IMG/VR virus record: IMGVR_UViG_3300042154_003418
Span: 1 to 40,217 of that record
Strand: one strand, 5' to 3'
Source: a virus
Lineage: Duplodnaviria > Heunggongvirae > Uroviricota > Caudoviricetes
Length of the DNA stretch: 40,217 nucleotides
Part shown: piece by piece, positions 1 through 9,115 of the stretch
Numbering within the stretch: the first letter of the stretch is position 1
Layout: each line of letters starts with the position of its first letter
The notes under the pieces: generated by a model
Databases searched by the model: none
The model's input: the letters and a program-made list of their open reading frames with translations, nothing else
Told to the model about the DNA's origin: nothing
Program-made: the position numbers and the translations under genes

Positions 1-107
1 GGAGCTTGGCCTTGATAAGGATTGCTGTAAGGTGCCGATGTTTTAAAGATTGTGTCATTTTTAGTTCCGGCTGCAAATTCGCGTAAGTTTGGATTAGTTG
101 GATTCAT
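1..107 (-). CDS. Hypothetical protein, 5' part only (MNPTNPNLREFAAG...), runs off the window start
   Basis: ATG at 107, just downstream of the uvsE stop; open frame to the window edge. Confidence 0.35.
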   Translation of the reverse strand, partial: MNPTNPNLREFAAGTKNDTIFKTSAPYSNPYQGQA

Positions 108-111
108 GGTA

Positions 112-1119
112 TTATGTTAGTTGTTTGATTAGTTGAGTGCTTGCCAAGTTTTTTTGTTTTGATTCACACATTATATCGGCAACTGGACTAAAAGTCAAGG
201 CCCAAGTATTGCATGCTGTGTTCCAGTAGTAGTCACTGTGAGCACGCAATTTGGCACTGGTAAAGCCCATGGACTTAAGTTGCTGCAAGTCGGGTCGCAC
301 TGTGGGGTCGTGGTCAACAATGCAATCTTCGCGGCTAACACTGTAATGAACCACAGGACGCACGCCACGCCAGCTATCAGTTACACGCTTGAAACGAGGG
401 TCAGTGGGCTCAATATACTCGCCAGTATTAATCCAGTGATGGTGAATGTCTAACACAAGAGCACAGGTATCAACCAGCTCTAGGCTGGCATCAAGACCCC
501 AGGTAAACTCGGCGTTTTCAATGGTTAGTGTGTTGCGTGCTTCGGGGCTAAGCTTGCGCATGGCAGCTTTGATGCCTGCTGGACCCAGCTTGCCGCCTAC
601 ATGCACATTGCACTTGAAGTCTTGAAACTGCTTGCCGTAACCCATGTAGCGAATCAAGTCTGCATGATACTCGAATTCGACAATGCTGTTTTCAACAACG
701 CCGGGATTTTCTGATGCTAACACACAGAACTGGCCTGGGTGGAAGCTAAGACGAATATCATTGGCACGGGCAAACTCGCCGCACATGCTCAGGTAGTATT
801 CAATTTTGGCAACTACATCGGGTTGAAAGTAGAATGGCATATAGTCATCATGAGTATATGCAGGCAGCAAGTCTGATGTAATACGAAACATACGCTGATT
901 GGCAGGCTGCTTGGCAACCCACTTTAGCTGGCGATAGAACGTGCTCAAGTTGTGGTTGAGCAAATCCCACAGCTTGGCACGCTGTGCATCTGGTGTCTGG
1001 CGAGCCAGGTACGTGATGGTTGTGGACTTGGTGTTTAAGTCTGAGTGTGCTTTATCATGCTCGCTTTGGATTTTACAAGCAAAGCCGATGCGATTGATGT
1101 TTGGATTAAATGTGTTCAT
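112..1119 (-). CDS. uvsE: UV DNA damage endonuclease (UvsE/UvdE family)
   Basis: Motifs RIGFACK, RMFRITSDLLP, RLSFHPGQFCVLAS, HVGG, TIEN, LVLDIHHH. Confidence 0.92.
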   Translation of the reverse strand: MNTFNPNINRIGFACKIQSEHDKAHSDLNTKSTTITYLARQTPDAQRAKLWDLLNHNLSTFYRQLKWVAKQPANQRMFRITSDLLPAYTHDDYMPFYFQPDVVAKIEYYLSMCGEFARANDIRLSFHPGQFCVLASENPGVVENSIVEFEYHADLIRYMGYGKQFQDFKCNVHVGGKLGPAGIKAAMRKLSPEARNTLTIENAEFTWGLDASLELVDTCALVLDIHHHWINTGEYIEPTDPRFKRVTDSWRGVRPVVHYSVSREDCIVDHDPTVRPDLQQLKSMGFTSAKLRAHSDYYWNTACNTWALTFSPVADIMCESKQKNLASTQLIKQLT

Positions 1120-1126
1120 AGCGATA

Positions 1127-1155
1127 ATTATACTAAATATAACACACTATGTCAA
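1127..1155 (-). promoter_or_regulatory. Sigma70-like promoter for uvsE
   Basis: TTGACA-N17-TATAAT on minus, 8 nt upstream of the ATG. Confidence 0.8.
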
Positions 1156-1163
1156 CTGTAAAA

Positions 1164-1397
1164 TTATCGACCAACTAACCCAAAGCAGATTCTGCACACA
1201 GGAAAGTCATCTAAATCAGTTTTGTGGTCTGTGCCCCAAATACCGCAGTGCGAGCATTCTTTTACCCACTGTTCTAGTAGGTAGTCATCAACATCTTCAA
1301 TGTCTACGCCTGCGTCTATGCAGGCTTGTGTTAGTGTTTTGCGAGTACCACTCAGCTGTTTAGTTAGTCTGCGGTAAGTTGGGTTTGTATCGGTCAT
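1164..1397 (-). CDS. Small putative zinc-binding protein
   Basis: 77 aa with CxxC...CxxC; lies in the minus-strand operon. Confidence 0.6.
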   Translation of the reverse strand: MTDTNPTYRRLTKQLSGTRKTLTQACIDAGVDIEDVDDYLLEQWVKECSHCGIWGTDHKTDLDDFPVCRICFGLVGR

Positions 1398-1836
1398 CTA
1401 GGTGGGGGTGGGTTTTCTCGAATTCTAACAAGAACATAATACAGCAGGCTGCATGAGCCAGGTGACTTAGGCCCGACTCGGGGTCACAGTCTTCACCATC
1501 ATTAAATGCTGTAATGTGTCGCATTGCTGCGCTTAAGGGTCGGCTCCAGGCAAAGCCTTTGCGCCAGTTGTGTTCTGCGTACTTTTGTGCACCAAACTTT
1601 AGCACTGCGGCTGTTTGGTTCATGGCTTCAGTACTCAACAAGTGTAGTGGTAGTTTGTCCACATCAAATTTTAGTGCGGTACCATATTGTTTTTCAAGTG
1701 CTTCAATTGTAATAGTTGGAACACTAACTCCGCTAAGGCCACTATCGCCTGCTGGAGTGTTGAGGCCAAATACTGTTATGTGATCAATTTCGTTTAATTT
1801 AGGCATTTTTTGATTGTTTGGGTTTAAGTAGTGCAC
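1360..1836 (-). CDS. dATP/dGTP diphosphohydrolase domain protein (DUF5664-like); start may be the internal MPKLN
   Basis: KFDVDKLPLHLL, VLKFGAQKYAEHNWRKG, AAMRH, DPESGLSHLAHAACC motifs. Confidence 0.85.
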   Translation of the reverse strand: MHYLNPNNQKMPKLNEIDHITVFGLNTPAGDSGLSGVSVPTITIEALEKQYGTALKFDVDKLPLHLLSTEAMNQTAAVLKFGAQKYAEHNWRKGFAWSRPLSAAMRHITAFNDGEDCDPESGLSHLAHAACCIMFLLEFEKTHPHLDDRYKPNLPQTN

Positions 1837-1951
1837 ATACTCTAGCTGCGCTGGTTTCTTTTATGTCTACCAAGGGCTCTAGTTTATTTCGCTTGCAATA
1901 ATCAAGATACGCACTTAGTGCATAGGTTTTAATAAACTCGCTGAATTTCAT
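1799..1951 (-). CDS. Hypothetical protein (50 aa, MKFSEFIK...)
   Basis: First ORF after the minus-strand promoter at 1983-2011; overlaps the next gene. Confidence 0.5.
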   Translation of the reverse strand: MKFSEFIKTYALSAYLDYCKRNKLEPLVDIKETSAARVCALLKPKQSKNA

Positions 1952-1982
1952 AAATAGTTGGCCCAGATGTGCTAGAGTTGTA

Positions 1983-2087
1983 ATTATACCACGCGGGTAC
2001 CACCAAGTCAACACAAAAATTTTTTATGCCGATTGGCGCACAGCATGAAAATTTTGACTTGCCTGTGCACGATGTTTGAGTTATAAT
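1983..2087. promoter_or_regulatory. Divergent sigma70-like promoter pair
   Basis: Minus: TTGACT-N17-TATAAT (2011-1983). Plus: TTGCCT-N17-TATAAT (2059-2087). Confidence 0.75.
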
Positions 2088-2117
2088 GTAACTTCACGCA
2101 ATTTTTTAAAAGAAAAT

Positions 2118-2381
2118 ATGGACATTAATCTGCTTGTACAGCGTTTGCAACATGGAGATAGTTACACAGTGCAAGATGGGGACAATGATCCTTACCAGGT
2201 ACACACCCCGCCCACGCACCTAACCATCAAAGCAGCAAACGCTATTACTGCCTTACACAACCAAATGCAACAATCTAATCAAGCACTGTTTAACTTGCAG
2301 CGTCAATTAGAAGAACTGGCCCAAGCATATGAAACACTTCGAAATCCTAGTACTCCTGCAACACCTGGCGGAGAAACTTGA
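2118..2381 (+). CDS. Hypothetical coiled-coil protein
   Basis: ORF after the plus promoter; Q/L-rich helical C-terminal half. Confidence 0.6.
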   Translation: MDINLLVQRLQHGDSYTVQDGDNDPYQVHTPPTHLTIKAANAITALHNQMQQSNQALFNLQRQLEELAQAYETLRNPSTPATPGGET

Positions 2382-2440
2382 CACAGGTGGTGGTACTCAG
2401 CTGGAACAGCGTAGCTTTGATTGCATCATGGAGATATTAA

Positions 2441-2902
2441 ATGAAAACATTAAAACTAGGTGTGCTAGCAACCAGCCTGTTGTTGGCGGGAACCCTGGGC
2501 ATTGGAACATTAGCTCCAACAACCCCAGTTGAGGCACGAGTCTCAGACATAGACTGTCTAGCCCGCAACATCTATCACGAAGCCCGAGGTGAACCGCTTG
2601 AGGGTCAGCTTGCTGTGGCACAGGTTACACTAAACCGTGTGCAAAGTGGTGCGTTTCACAACACAGTATGTGGCGTTGTTTACGCACACCGCCAGTTCTC
2701 GTGGACACTAGACAAAACAAAACGAGTACGCGATGCAAAAGCTTGGCGTGCTGCACTGGATATTTCTCGTGCTGTGCTTACCAAATCCATAGATTTGCCC
2801 GAATTTAGGGCCACCTACTTTCACACACGCCAAGTAAAACCTTATTGGGCCAAAAATAAAACACGGGTTGCTGTTATAGGAAATCACATTTTCTATAGTT
2901 GA
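2441..2902 (+). CDS. Cell wall hydrolase, SleB/Hydrolase_2 family, with N-terminal signal/TM segment
   Basis: CLARNIYHEARGEPLEGQLAVAQVTLNRV, QFSWT, IGNHIFY. Confidence 0.9.
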   Translation: MKTLKLGVLATSLLLAGTLGIGTLAPTTPVEARVSDIDCLARNIYHEARGEPLEGQLAVAQVTLNRVQSGAFHNTVCGVVYAHRQFSWTLDKTKRVRDAKAWRAALDISRAVLTKSIDLPEFRATYFHTRQVKPYWAKNKTRVAVIGNHIFYS

Positions 2903-2927
2903 CCCACACAGCTTGTTGTGATATAAT
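2899..2927 (+). promoter_or_regulatory. Sigma70-like promoter
   Basis: TTGACC-N17-TATAAT. Confidence 0.7.
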
Positions 2928-2950
2928 AAACACATCAAGGAACAAAATAT

Positions 2951-3706
2951 ATGAAAATCAGACTTTTATCAGACCTACACACAGAATTCCGCTTGCCATA
3001 TAAAACGGCCGAGTTTGCTGAATATCGTGGCGAAGACGTGCTTGTGCTTGCAGGCGATATCGCATCAGGCTCAACCAACACCATGGAAGTTATCAACTTC
3101 TTTAAAGCTCAAGGCTTTCCAGAAATTATTTACGTGCCAGGCAACCACGAGTACTATGGTACCAGCTTTGACGACTTTAACACCAAAATGGCCGCAAAGT
3201 GTGCCAACATTGACGGTGTGCACTACCTGAATCCAGGTAGTGTGACTATTGGTGGCGTGCTGTTTGTGGGTGCTACATTGTGGACTAACTTTGCTGATAA
3301 TCCGTTTAGTCAAAGTGCTGCCAAGCGCGGCATCAATGATTTTCGTGTGATTGGTGGGTTTGATGTTAATCGTTGTGCACAAACTTACTACCAACACTTG
3401 GACTATATCCAAAATCAATATGAGAATCGTGACAACAACAAAGTTGTGGTTGTCACACACTTCCTACCAGCACGTGAGTGCATTGCACCACGTTGGCGTG
3501 GAGCTAACCTACTAAATGACTACTTTGCTAATAATCTTGGTGAGTATATTAGTACTATGTCTGATGCTACTTGGCTTTTTGGCCACACACATGATGCTAC
3601 AGATATTGTGCTTGGTGATACTCGTGTGGTTGCTAATCCTCATGGTTACTACAATGCCATGAACGATGGTGTTGGTTTTGACCCACATAAAACTATCACA
3701 GTATGA
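2951..3706 (+). CDS. Calcineurin-like metallophosphoesterase
   Basis: SDLH, LAGDI, VPGNHEYY, THFLP, FGHTH motifs. Confidence 0.9.
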   Translation: MKIRLLSDLHTEFRLPYKTAEFAEYRGEDVLVLAGDIASGSTNTMEVINFFKAQGFPEIIYVPGNHEYYGTSFDDFNTKMAAKCANIDGVHYLNPGSVTIGGVLFVGATLWTNFADNPFSQSAAKRGINDFRVIGGFDVNRCAQTYYQHLDYIQNQYENRDNNKVVVVTHFLPARECIAPRWRGANLLNDYFANNLGEYISTMSDATWLFGHTHDATDIVLGDTRVVANPHGYYNAMNDGVGFDPHKTITV

Positions 3707-3873
3707 AAAACCTCTCAGACTATATTAATGCAATGTTGCTAACACTGCTTGGTGATCATGACTTGATTGCCAAGTGGTGGAATAGTCCCAACGGTGCGTT
3801 TGACATGCAATGCCCACAAGATGTGGACGAAAACACAATTAAATCTTACCTAGAAAACTTTTTATTTAAATGA
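3703..3873 (+). CDS. 56-aa protein resembling the MbcA/ParS/Xre antitoxin C-terminal domain (DUF2384-like)
   Basis: Not in the ORF track; ATGA overlaps at both ends; AKWWNSPNGAFDMQCPQD motif. Confidence 0.55.
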   Translation: MKNLSDYINAMLLTLLGDHDLIAKWWNSPNGAFDMQCPQDVDENTIKSYLENFLFK

Positions 3874-4808
3874 AAACAGCCCGAGACCTTATCACAGCCC
3901 GTATCCTAGCCGACTCAGTTTCACCAGACGGCGTTCGCATGACTACTTTTGAGATTGAGTACCCCAGGTTTATCCTAGCGGAACTCAACACTCACCGTAT
4001 GTTGTCAAAGAATAGTGCAAGTAGCCGAGCTATTCCAGTTAAAACCATGCACGAACATATGGGGCAAACACCAGCACAGCCAGTGCACTGGGGCAAGAAT
4101 CAGCCAGGTATGCAGGCTAATGTAGAACTAACCGACAATGACTTGGCCGATGCCAAGTTTATGTGGCAGCGTGCACAGCAAGATGCCATGCACTGGGCCA
4201 GTCAAATGGCTGAACGTGTGGGACTACACAAACAAGTAGCCAACCGTATCACAGAGCCTTGGATGATTATGAAAACTGTGATTAGTGGCACAGAGTGGGC
4301 TAACTTTTGGTGGTTGCGTGCTCATGCCGATGCACAGCCAGAAATTCATGAGTTGGCTGTGAAAATGTTTGCAGCCTATAACGCATCTAACCCACAAGCA
4401 CTTCAACCAGGTGAGTGGCATGTTCCCTATGTTCGCACTGACAGGAGCATTATTGATAACAGTCTTTGCTACTATGATAATAATGGTGACGACCTTGACG
4501 CAGAAGAAGCTCGTGTTATCAGTGCCAGCTGCTGTGCACAGGTCAGCTACCGCAAAAATGACGACAGCTATGAGAAGGCACACAAGATCTTCCGTCAGCT
4601 AATCGAATCGCAGCCTTGCCATGCTTCACCAGTTGAGCATCAAGCTACTCCCATGGAATCCTGGGCATATGAAACAGCGCAAGACGACCCACAACATCTT
4701 CGTAATTACGGTTACACACACATGACCATGGACGGTGAGTTGTGGAGTGGCAACCTGCGTGGCTGGATTCAGCATCGCAAACTTATCCCCGGTGAGGCAC
4801 AGTGGTAA
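3870..4808 (+). CDS. thyX: FAD-dependent thymidylate synthase
   Basis: TFEIEYPRFILAELNTHRMLSKNSASSRAIP, HASPVEHQA. Confidence 0.88.
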   Translation: MKTARDLITARILADSVSPDGVRMTTFEIEYPRFILAELNTHRMLSKNSASSRAIPVKTMHEHMGQTPAQPVHWGKNQPGMQANVELTDNDLADAKFMWQRAQQDAMHWASQMAERVGLHKQVANRITEPWMIMKTVISGTEWANFWWLRAHADAQPEIHELAVKMFAAYNASNPQALQPGEWHVPYVRTDRSIIDNSLCYYDNNGDDLDAEEARVISASCCAQVSYRKNDDSYEKAHKIFRQLIESQPCHASPVEHQATPMESWAYETAQDDPQHLRNYGYTHMTMDGELWSGNLRGWIQHRKLIPGEAQW

Positions 4809-4809
4809 C

Positions 4810-5166
4810 ATGAACGTAGTAATCTATACGCAAGACTTTGAACCAATTAAGGTAATTGATTTGCCTGTGTGGTTGCTAGAGCAAATGGAACAGCAGGGCA
4901 GTGTACGTGTGGCGGTGTTGCAGCCAGTGCGAACAACCACTGGCAACGACCATGCGGACTTTCAAATGCCGCCAATTGTTACCATTTATTGCGAAAAGCT
5001 GCGTTGGAAAGACGGCACCACAAAGCCAATACTAATTACCTACGATGAAGAACTGGCACTTACACTCAGACCTGAATGGCTACCAGGTCAACAAGGTGCC
5101 GTAAACAATTACAAGCAACATATTCGCAACTTAACAAACAGCCTTATTCGTGTAATGCGAAAATAA
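4810..5166 (+). CDS. Hypothetical protein (MNVVIYTQDF...)
   Basis: ATG 1 nt after the thyX stop; same frame as track ORF 4735..5166. Confidence 0.65.
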   Translation: MNVVIYTQDFEPIKVIDLPVWLLEQMEQQGSVRVAVLQPVRTTTGNDHADFQMPPIVTIYCEKLRWKDGTTKPILITYDEELALTLRPEWLPGQQGAVNNYKQHIRNLTNSLIRVMRK

Positions 5167-5170
5167 ACCG

Positions 5171-5199
5171 TTGAAGTCTCTTGCCCATTAGTGTATAAT
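5171..5199 (+). promoter_or_regulatory. Sigma70-like promoter
   Basis: TTGAAG-N17-TATAAT followed by an AGGAG RBS. Confidence 0.7.
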
Positions 5200-5225
5200 A
5201 AACACATATTCAGGAGACTTCAATC

Positions 5226-5420
5226 ATGTATTTTTGCGTAAAATGTTCAGACGATGTTCGCCCACAACGCTGGGCATTGGGCCATCACACATGCTTGCCG
5301 TGCGGCGAAAAAGTTGCACGTGCCTTCAAGCACTGCATTGTGCCCATGGCCAAGTCCAACTACCAGCCGGTAACTGATCTTGCAACACTCAAACAACTCA
5401 ACAAATATGCTAGAACTTAA
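5226..5420 (+). CDS. Small zinc-finger protein (DksA/TraR-like spacing)
   Basis: CVKC...CLPC; good RBS. Confidence 0.6.
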   Translation: MYFCVKCSDDVRPQRWALGHHTCLPCGEKVARAFKHCIVPMAKSNYQPVTDLATLKQLNKYART

Positions 5421-5613
5421 AATTACTTGTGATACCACAGACGAAGTTAACATCTATGTGAACGCCGTGGGTTTGCACAACTTGCTGGGCGACTTGCGTA
5501 ACGCACTTCGCAATGCTTACAAACACGGCGACGATGCTAGTGTACTCAAAGTTGTGCAAGACTTTTACACAGACATTACAAAAGCTGTAGACCACAGCCA
5601 AGGGCCATACTAA
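5407..5613 (+). CDS. Hypothetical protein
   Basis: Tightly coupled ORF in the early operon. Confidence 0.55.
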   Translation: MLELKITCDTTDEVNIYVNAVGLHNLLGDLRNALRNAYKHGDDASVLKVVQDFYTDITKAVDHSQGPY

Positions 5614-5819
5614 TGAACCGACAAATTCAAGAACTTGCTGAACAGTGCGTTTCATGGTCGGACGGATCAACCTGGACCAGTCGCAAAGAATTTAACCAAG
5701 AAAAGTTTGCAGGACTCATGATTGAACAGTTCTTGGAAATTGTACACAACAATCTACATCCACAAGCATATGCACAAGTGCTAACAGCTGTACAACAACG
5801 ATTTGGAATTACCCAATGA
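5613..5819 (+). CDS. Hypothetical protein
   Basis: TAATG coupling to the previous ORF. Confidence 0.6.
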   Translation: MNRQIQELAEQCVSWSDGSTWTSRKEFNQEKFAGLMIEQFLEIVHNNLHPQAYAQVLTAVQQRFGITQ

Positions 5820-5953
5820 TTGCCCAGCTGCTAGACCAGGCGTTTGTTTGGTTTGTTAAAATCTTAACTTACATAGCCGCAGGTCTAACAGTTAGTATAT
5901 GGCTATTGGTAATCATTGCACTATTTGCTAACCTTTATAAACTACTAAAATGA
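5816..5953 (+). CDS. Small membrane protein (45 aa)
   Basis: ATGA overlaps at both ends; hydrophobic core. Confidence 0.5.
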   Translation: MIAQLLDQAFVWFVKILTYIAAGLTVSIWLLVIIALFANLYKLLK

Positions 5954-6264
5954 AACAACCCAAATACAACATCACTCGCGAATTCAATCAGTGGTTTTTT
6001 GATGAAAAATACCCTGAGCTCGGCAGCAATCGTGCACAAGTTTACATGACTGGCAATCCACACAATCGTGAGAACCGCGACTACTGGATGCGTCAGGCAT
6101 TTGTAGCAGGTGCTAATTCCATGCTGGGCGAAGTCAACTTGTGCCTACTTGAGTGGGCTTGTGCGGCTGAGGGTCTTGACCCAGAACTTGTAACTCCCAG
6201 CGAAGTCTATGACCGTGCTCGTGAGAACTTGCACAGCCACATTCGTCAACTGGAGCTGTTTTAA
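5950..6264 (+). CDS. Hypothetical protein
   Basis: Coupled ORF, 104 aa. Confidence 0.6.
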   Translation: MKQPKYNITREFNQWFFDEKYPELGSNRAQVYMTGNPHNRENRDYWMRQAFVAGANSMLGEVNLCLLEWACAAEGLDPELVTPSEVYDRARENLHSHIRQLELF

Positions 6265-6464
6265 TGAAGTTACGCAAAATGCGTCGCCGAGCTAATCAAA
6301 AGCGAGGCTTTGGTTATGGCAAACGCTGTCCCGAGTACTTTCGTGGATGCATAGTTTGCGAAGCCTATCACTACTATGACCAGCACAAGCGCTGGCCTAC
6401 ATTTGACCAAGCCAGTGAAATTTGTCGAAGACATATTTTAGAGGATATTATTTATGCGAGTTAA
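6264..6464 (+). CDS. Hypothetical basic protein with CxxC
   Basis: TAATG coupling; CIVCEAY. Confidence 0.55.
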   Translation: MKLRKMRRRANQKRGFGYGKRCPEYFRGCIVCEAYHYYDQHKRWPTFDQASEICRRHILEDIIYAS

Positions 6465-7128
6465 AATCGGACCACACCCCCAATGGTGGGGGCCTTATCA
6501 AATTGCAGAGCTACTTTGTTGGTGGGCCAAGCCTGTTGCTGACGAATACGGTATCAAGTCAAAGCCACATTGGGTTCATGAGTTTGGTACTTGGTTGGCT
6601 GAGAACTCAGACGGGTCGGATAGCTGGATTACCCGAACTTGTCAGTGGATTCAAGACCACCGCAAGCGACATGTTTACGTTAAAATCGACAACTATGATG
6701 CATGGGCTGCTGACCACACACTGAGCTTAATCGCACTGCCACTCTTAGAAAAACTGCGAGATACCAAACACGGCTCGCCCAATGTTGATGATGAAGATGT
6801 TCCAGCTGGCATGGGGCTTCGCAGTACCGAAGCGCCACCCACAGAACATGCCTGGGACACTGATGAAAACTTTCACGACCGCTGGGCTTGGGTCTTGGAC
6901 GAAATCATTTGGGCACACCGTCAAGAAGCACTTGACGATCCTGATAGTGAAGCTTGCTGGACTCATGATGTACCAGATGCCAATTGGCCTTATCCTAGTG
7001 AAGCCACTGGCATTGAGCGTATGCTTGGCCGTATCAAGTGCGATGACGTTGCACTGGCCAAACTCACAGCTCGCAAACAAAACGGTTTCCGACTTTTCGG
7101 CAAATATTACCAGTCACTGTGGGACTAA
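6454..7128 (+). CDS. Conserved phage hypothetical protein
   Basis: 224 aa; VKIDNYDAW...WVLDEIIW...FRLFGKYY pattern typical of a common phage family. Confidence 0.7.
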   Translation: MRVKIGPHPQWWGPYQIAELLCWWAKPVADEYGIKSKPHWVHEFGTWLAENSDGSDSWITRTCQWIQDHRKRHVYVKIDNYDAWAADHTLSLIALPLLEKLRDTKHGSPNVDDEDVPAGMGLRSTEAPPTEHAWDTDENFHDRWAWVLDEIIWAHRQEALDDPDSEACWTHDVPDANWPYPSEATGIERMLGRIKCDDVALAKLTARKQNGFRLFGKYYQSLWD

Positions 7129-7131
7129 CAA

Positions 7132-7404
7132 ATGGAAACACATATGATTCTTATCTATATTGTTGCAACTATTGCCATAATCACAATTGTAGGTGTGCTG
7201 GTATGGTTTGCTGTTAATGATCGCAGACTAAACTGCACCAACAATGGTTGTACTCAAAGCTGTGATCAAGGCCGCACCTGCACTTGTGGCTGGCCAGGCA
7301 CCACTGAGCAGTGTACTGCGGTTTGCTTGGAAACTCAACGCAGGCATCAGCTTGATGACGAGTTTAATAACTCTAACTGGCCGTTTCCGGTCAAGCGACC
7401 ATAA
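7132..7404 (+). CDS. Membrane-anchored Cys-rich protein
   Basis: N-terminal TM segment then CTNNGCTQSCDQGRTCTC. Confidence 0.6.
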   Translation: METHMILIYIVATIAIITIVGVLVWFAVNDRRLNCTNNGCTQSCDQGRTCTCGWPGTTEQCTAVCLETQRRHQLDDEFNNSNWPFPVKRP

Positions 7405-7451
7405 GTGTTGTATTTTAGCAACAAAACTTAGCCACAATTGCAGAAATGCAC

Positions 7452-7480
7452 TTGTGGCTTTTTGCCGTTTGGGGTATAAT
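7452..7480 (+). promoter_or_regulatory. Sigma70-like promoter
   Basis: TTGTGG-N17-TATAAT with a downstream AGGA RBS. Confidence 0.6.
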
Positions 7481-7506
7481 ATATACTTATTGAACAGGAA
7501 CAAACC

Positions 7507-7713
7507 ATGACACTAGACACACTGATTTTTAAACTGGATGTGCTTCGGGCTCAGGCCGGTACAGGCAACTTGCAAGTGCTATTTCGTGACCCTGGCATTG
7601 GCATGTTATATGACGAAGTTCATCCAGCATTGGGCGAAGTTCGTAGCGACGATAACTTAGATATGTTTGATGCTTTTGATTTGATGGTAGGCGACTACTA
7701 CGTGGAGATTTAA
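7507..7713 (+). CDS. Hypothetical protein
   Basis: ORF after promoter and RBS. Confidence 0.6.
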   Translation: MTLDTLIFKLDVLRAQAGTGNLQVLFRDPGIGMLYDEVHPALGEVRSDDNLDMFDAFDLMVGDYYVEI

Positions 7714-7714
7714 A

Positions 7715-7978
7715 ATGATCAAACCTGGAACACTTTGCATGATTCGTGGCGTACCACTCGGTACTCGTGGGGCTGACTGCAATGGCAAGATTGTTGTGGT
7801 TGAGGGTCTGCAAGATGACATCCACTATGGCATACTTTATAAGTTTGTACCGGAATTGCACACAAAAATTCCAGTGCCATGTGGTGTCGACACTAGCCCC
7901 GCACACTACTTGCATCCACTTGACAACCCCACAGATGACGCCCTTGACACACATTCAACCAGATTGGAAACACAATGA
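7715..7978 (+). CDS. Hypothetical protein
   Basis: Coupled ORF. Confidence 0.55.
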   Translation: MIKPGTLCMIRGVPLGTRGADCNGKIVVVEGLQDDIHYGILYKFVPELHTKIPVPCGVDTSPAHYLHPLDNPTDDALDTHSTRLETQ

Positions 7979-8178
7979 AATTTTACAACAGACCCTCAGT
8001 ATACACCAACCTCCGTCAATACTGCCACCACGCTAAACCTGACGAAGTCATTGATGTGTGTGCATGGGCTAACGGCGAAGGCTGGGATATCTCCGTTGGC
8101 CAAAAACTGGTGGCACTCACACACGGTGAATTACAAGCAATCCTAGTGCTTTGCAACACCGCACATCCACGAGACTAA
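7975..8178 (+). CDS. Hypothetical protein
   Basis: ATGA coupling. Confidence 0.55.
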   Translation: MKFYNRPSVYTNLRQYCHHAKPDEVIDVCAWANGEGWDISVGQKLVALTHGELQAILVLCNTAHPRD

Positions 8179-8179
8179 C

Positions 8180-8458
8180 ATGCAACAAATTGTAATCAAC
8201 GCACAACACGGCGGGTTTGGTGTGTCAGAAATGGCCCGAGCCAGATATCGTGAAATCTGTGGCAAGGAACTAGACGAGTACACAGTTGAACGCAATGATC
8301 CACACTTTGTGCTTGCTGTGCAGACCCTGGGCAGCGAGCAAAGCAGCGGCAGTTATGCCAAACTCAAAGTTGTGGAAATTCCAGACGATGTAGTGTGGAC
8401 AATAATGGAATATGATGGTCGTGAGTGGGTTGCTGAAACACACCGTACCTGGAGTTAA
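8180..8458 (+). CDS. Conserved phage hypothetical protein
   Basis: IVINAQHGGFGVS...RNDP...VVEIPDDV.W.I.EYDGREWVAE pattern. Confidence 0.7.
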   Translation: MQQIVINAQHGGFGVSEMARARYREICGKELDEYTVERNDPHFVLAVQTLGSEQSSGSYAKLKVVEIPDDVVWTIMEYDGREWVAETHRTWS

Positions 8459-8460
8459 CA

Positions 8461-8640
8461 ATGATGAAGTCTAACACACAGTATGTATCAGGTGACACCA
8501 ACACAGTGCCGCCACATGTGCAAGTACAGCTTTACAGGTTAGTCAAAGACCTGGATGCCATACACAACTTCCACAGTGGGCTTGACGTATACTATCAGCT
8601 GTTGGCTGTGCTAAACAAACACTTTGCAAAACTACCATGA
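8461..8640 (+). CDS. Hypothetical protein (59 aa)
   Basis: Fills the gap between coupled ORFs; not in the track. Confidence 0.45.
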   Translation: MMKSNTQYVSGDTNTVPPHVQVQLYRLVKDLDAIHNFHSGLDVYYQLLAVLNKHFAKLP

Positions 8641-8798
8641 ACAATTACATCAACTACAAGCAGCATGTGCTAGCCAAAAACTCACAGGCTTATGAACTGT
8701 GGCAGTTTGCACAAAAAACCGGTGAGTATAAAGCACTAGACCAACACTTGAAGCTGTTGGCACAACAACAAAAGCAATTGCTGGAGCGATACCCATGA
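8637..8798 (+). CDS. Hypothetical protein (53 aa)
   Basis: ATGA overlaps at both ends; not in the track. Confidence 0.5.
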   Translation: MNNYINYKQHVLAKNSQAYELWQFAQKTGEYKALDQHLKLLAQQQKQLLERYP

Positions 8799-9115
8799 AC
8801 ATTCAAGAACTACTAGACCAAACTCCCAGACTACGTGCTTGGGCTGCAATCGGCCCGGTGCAACACGCAGAATTGACGCAGTTTGCACAACTCCTACTCA
8901 ACTCGCAAGCACAAGCACTAACTGCTGATAGTGTGTTGGTCAAGCCCGGCGATCAAGTTTGGGTATTAAGCTCACTGCGTGTACCCATGCCCACCACTGT
9001 ACGCAAGCTACAAGCATACACCACCTACACACTTTTCGGTCCAGTGCCTGTGTGTGAATCATGGTCAACTCGCGAAGCTGCCAACAAATACTTGAAAGAA
9101 AACTATGGCAATTAA
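8795..9115 (+). CDS. Hypothetical protein
   Basis: Coupled ORF. Confidence 0.55.
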   Translation: MNIQELLDQTPRLRAWAAIGPVQHAELTQFAQLLLNSQAQALTADSVLVKPGDQVWVLSSLRVPMPTTVRKLQAYTTYTLFGPVPVCESWSTREAANKYLKENYGN

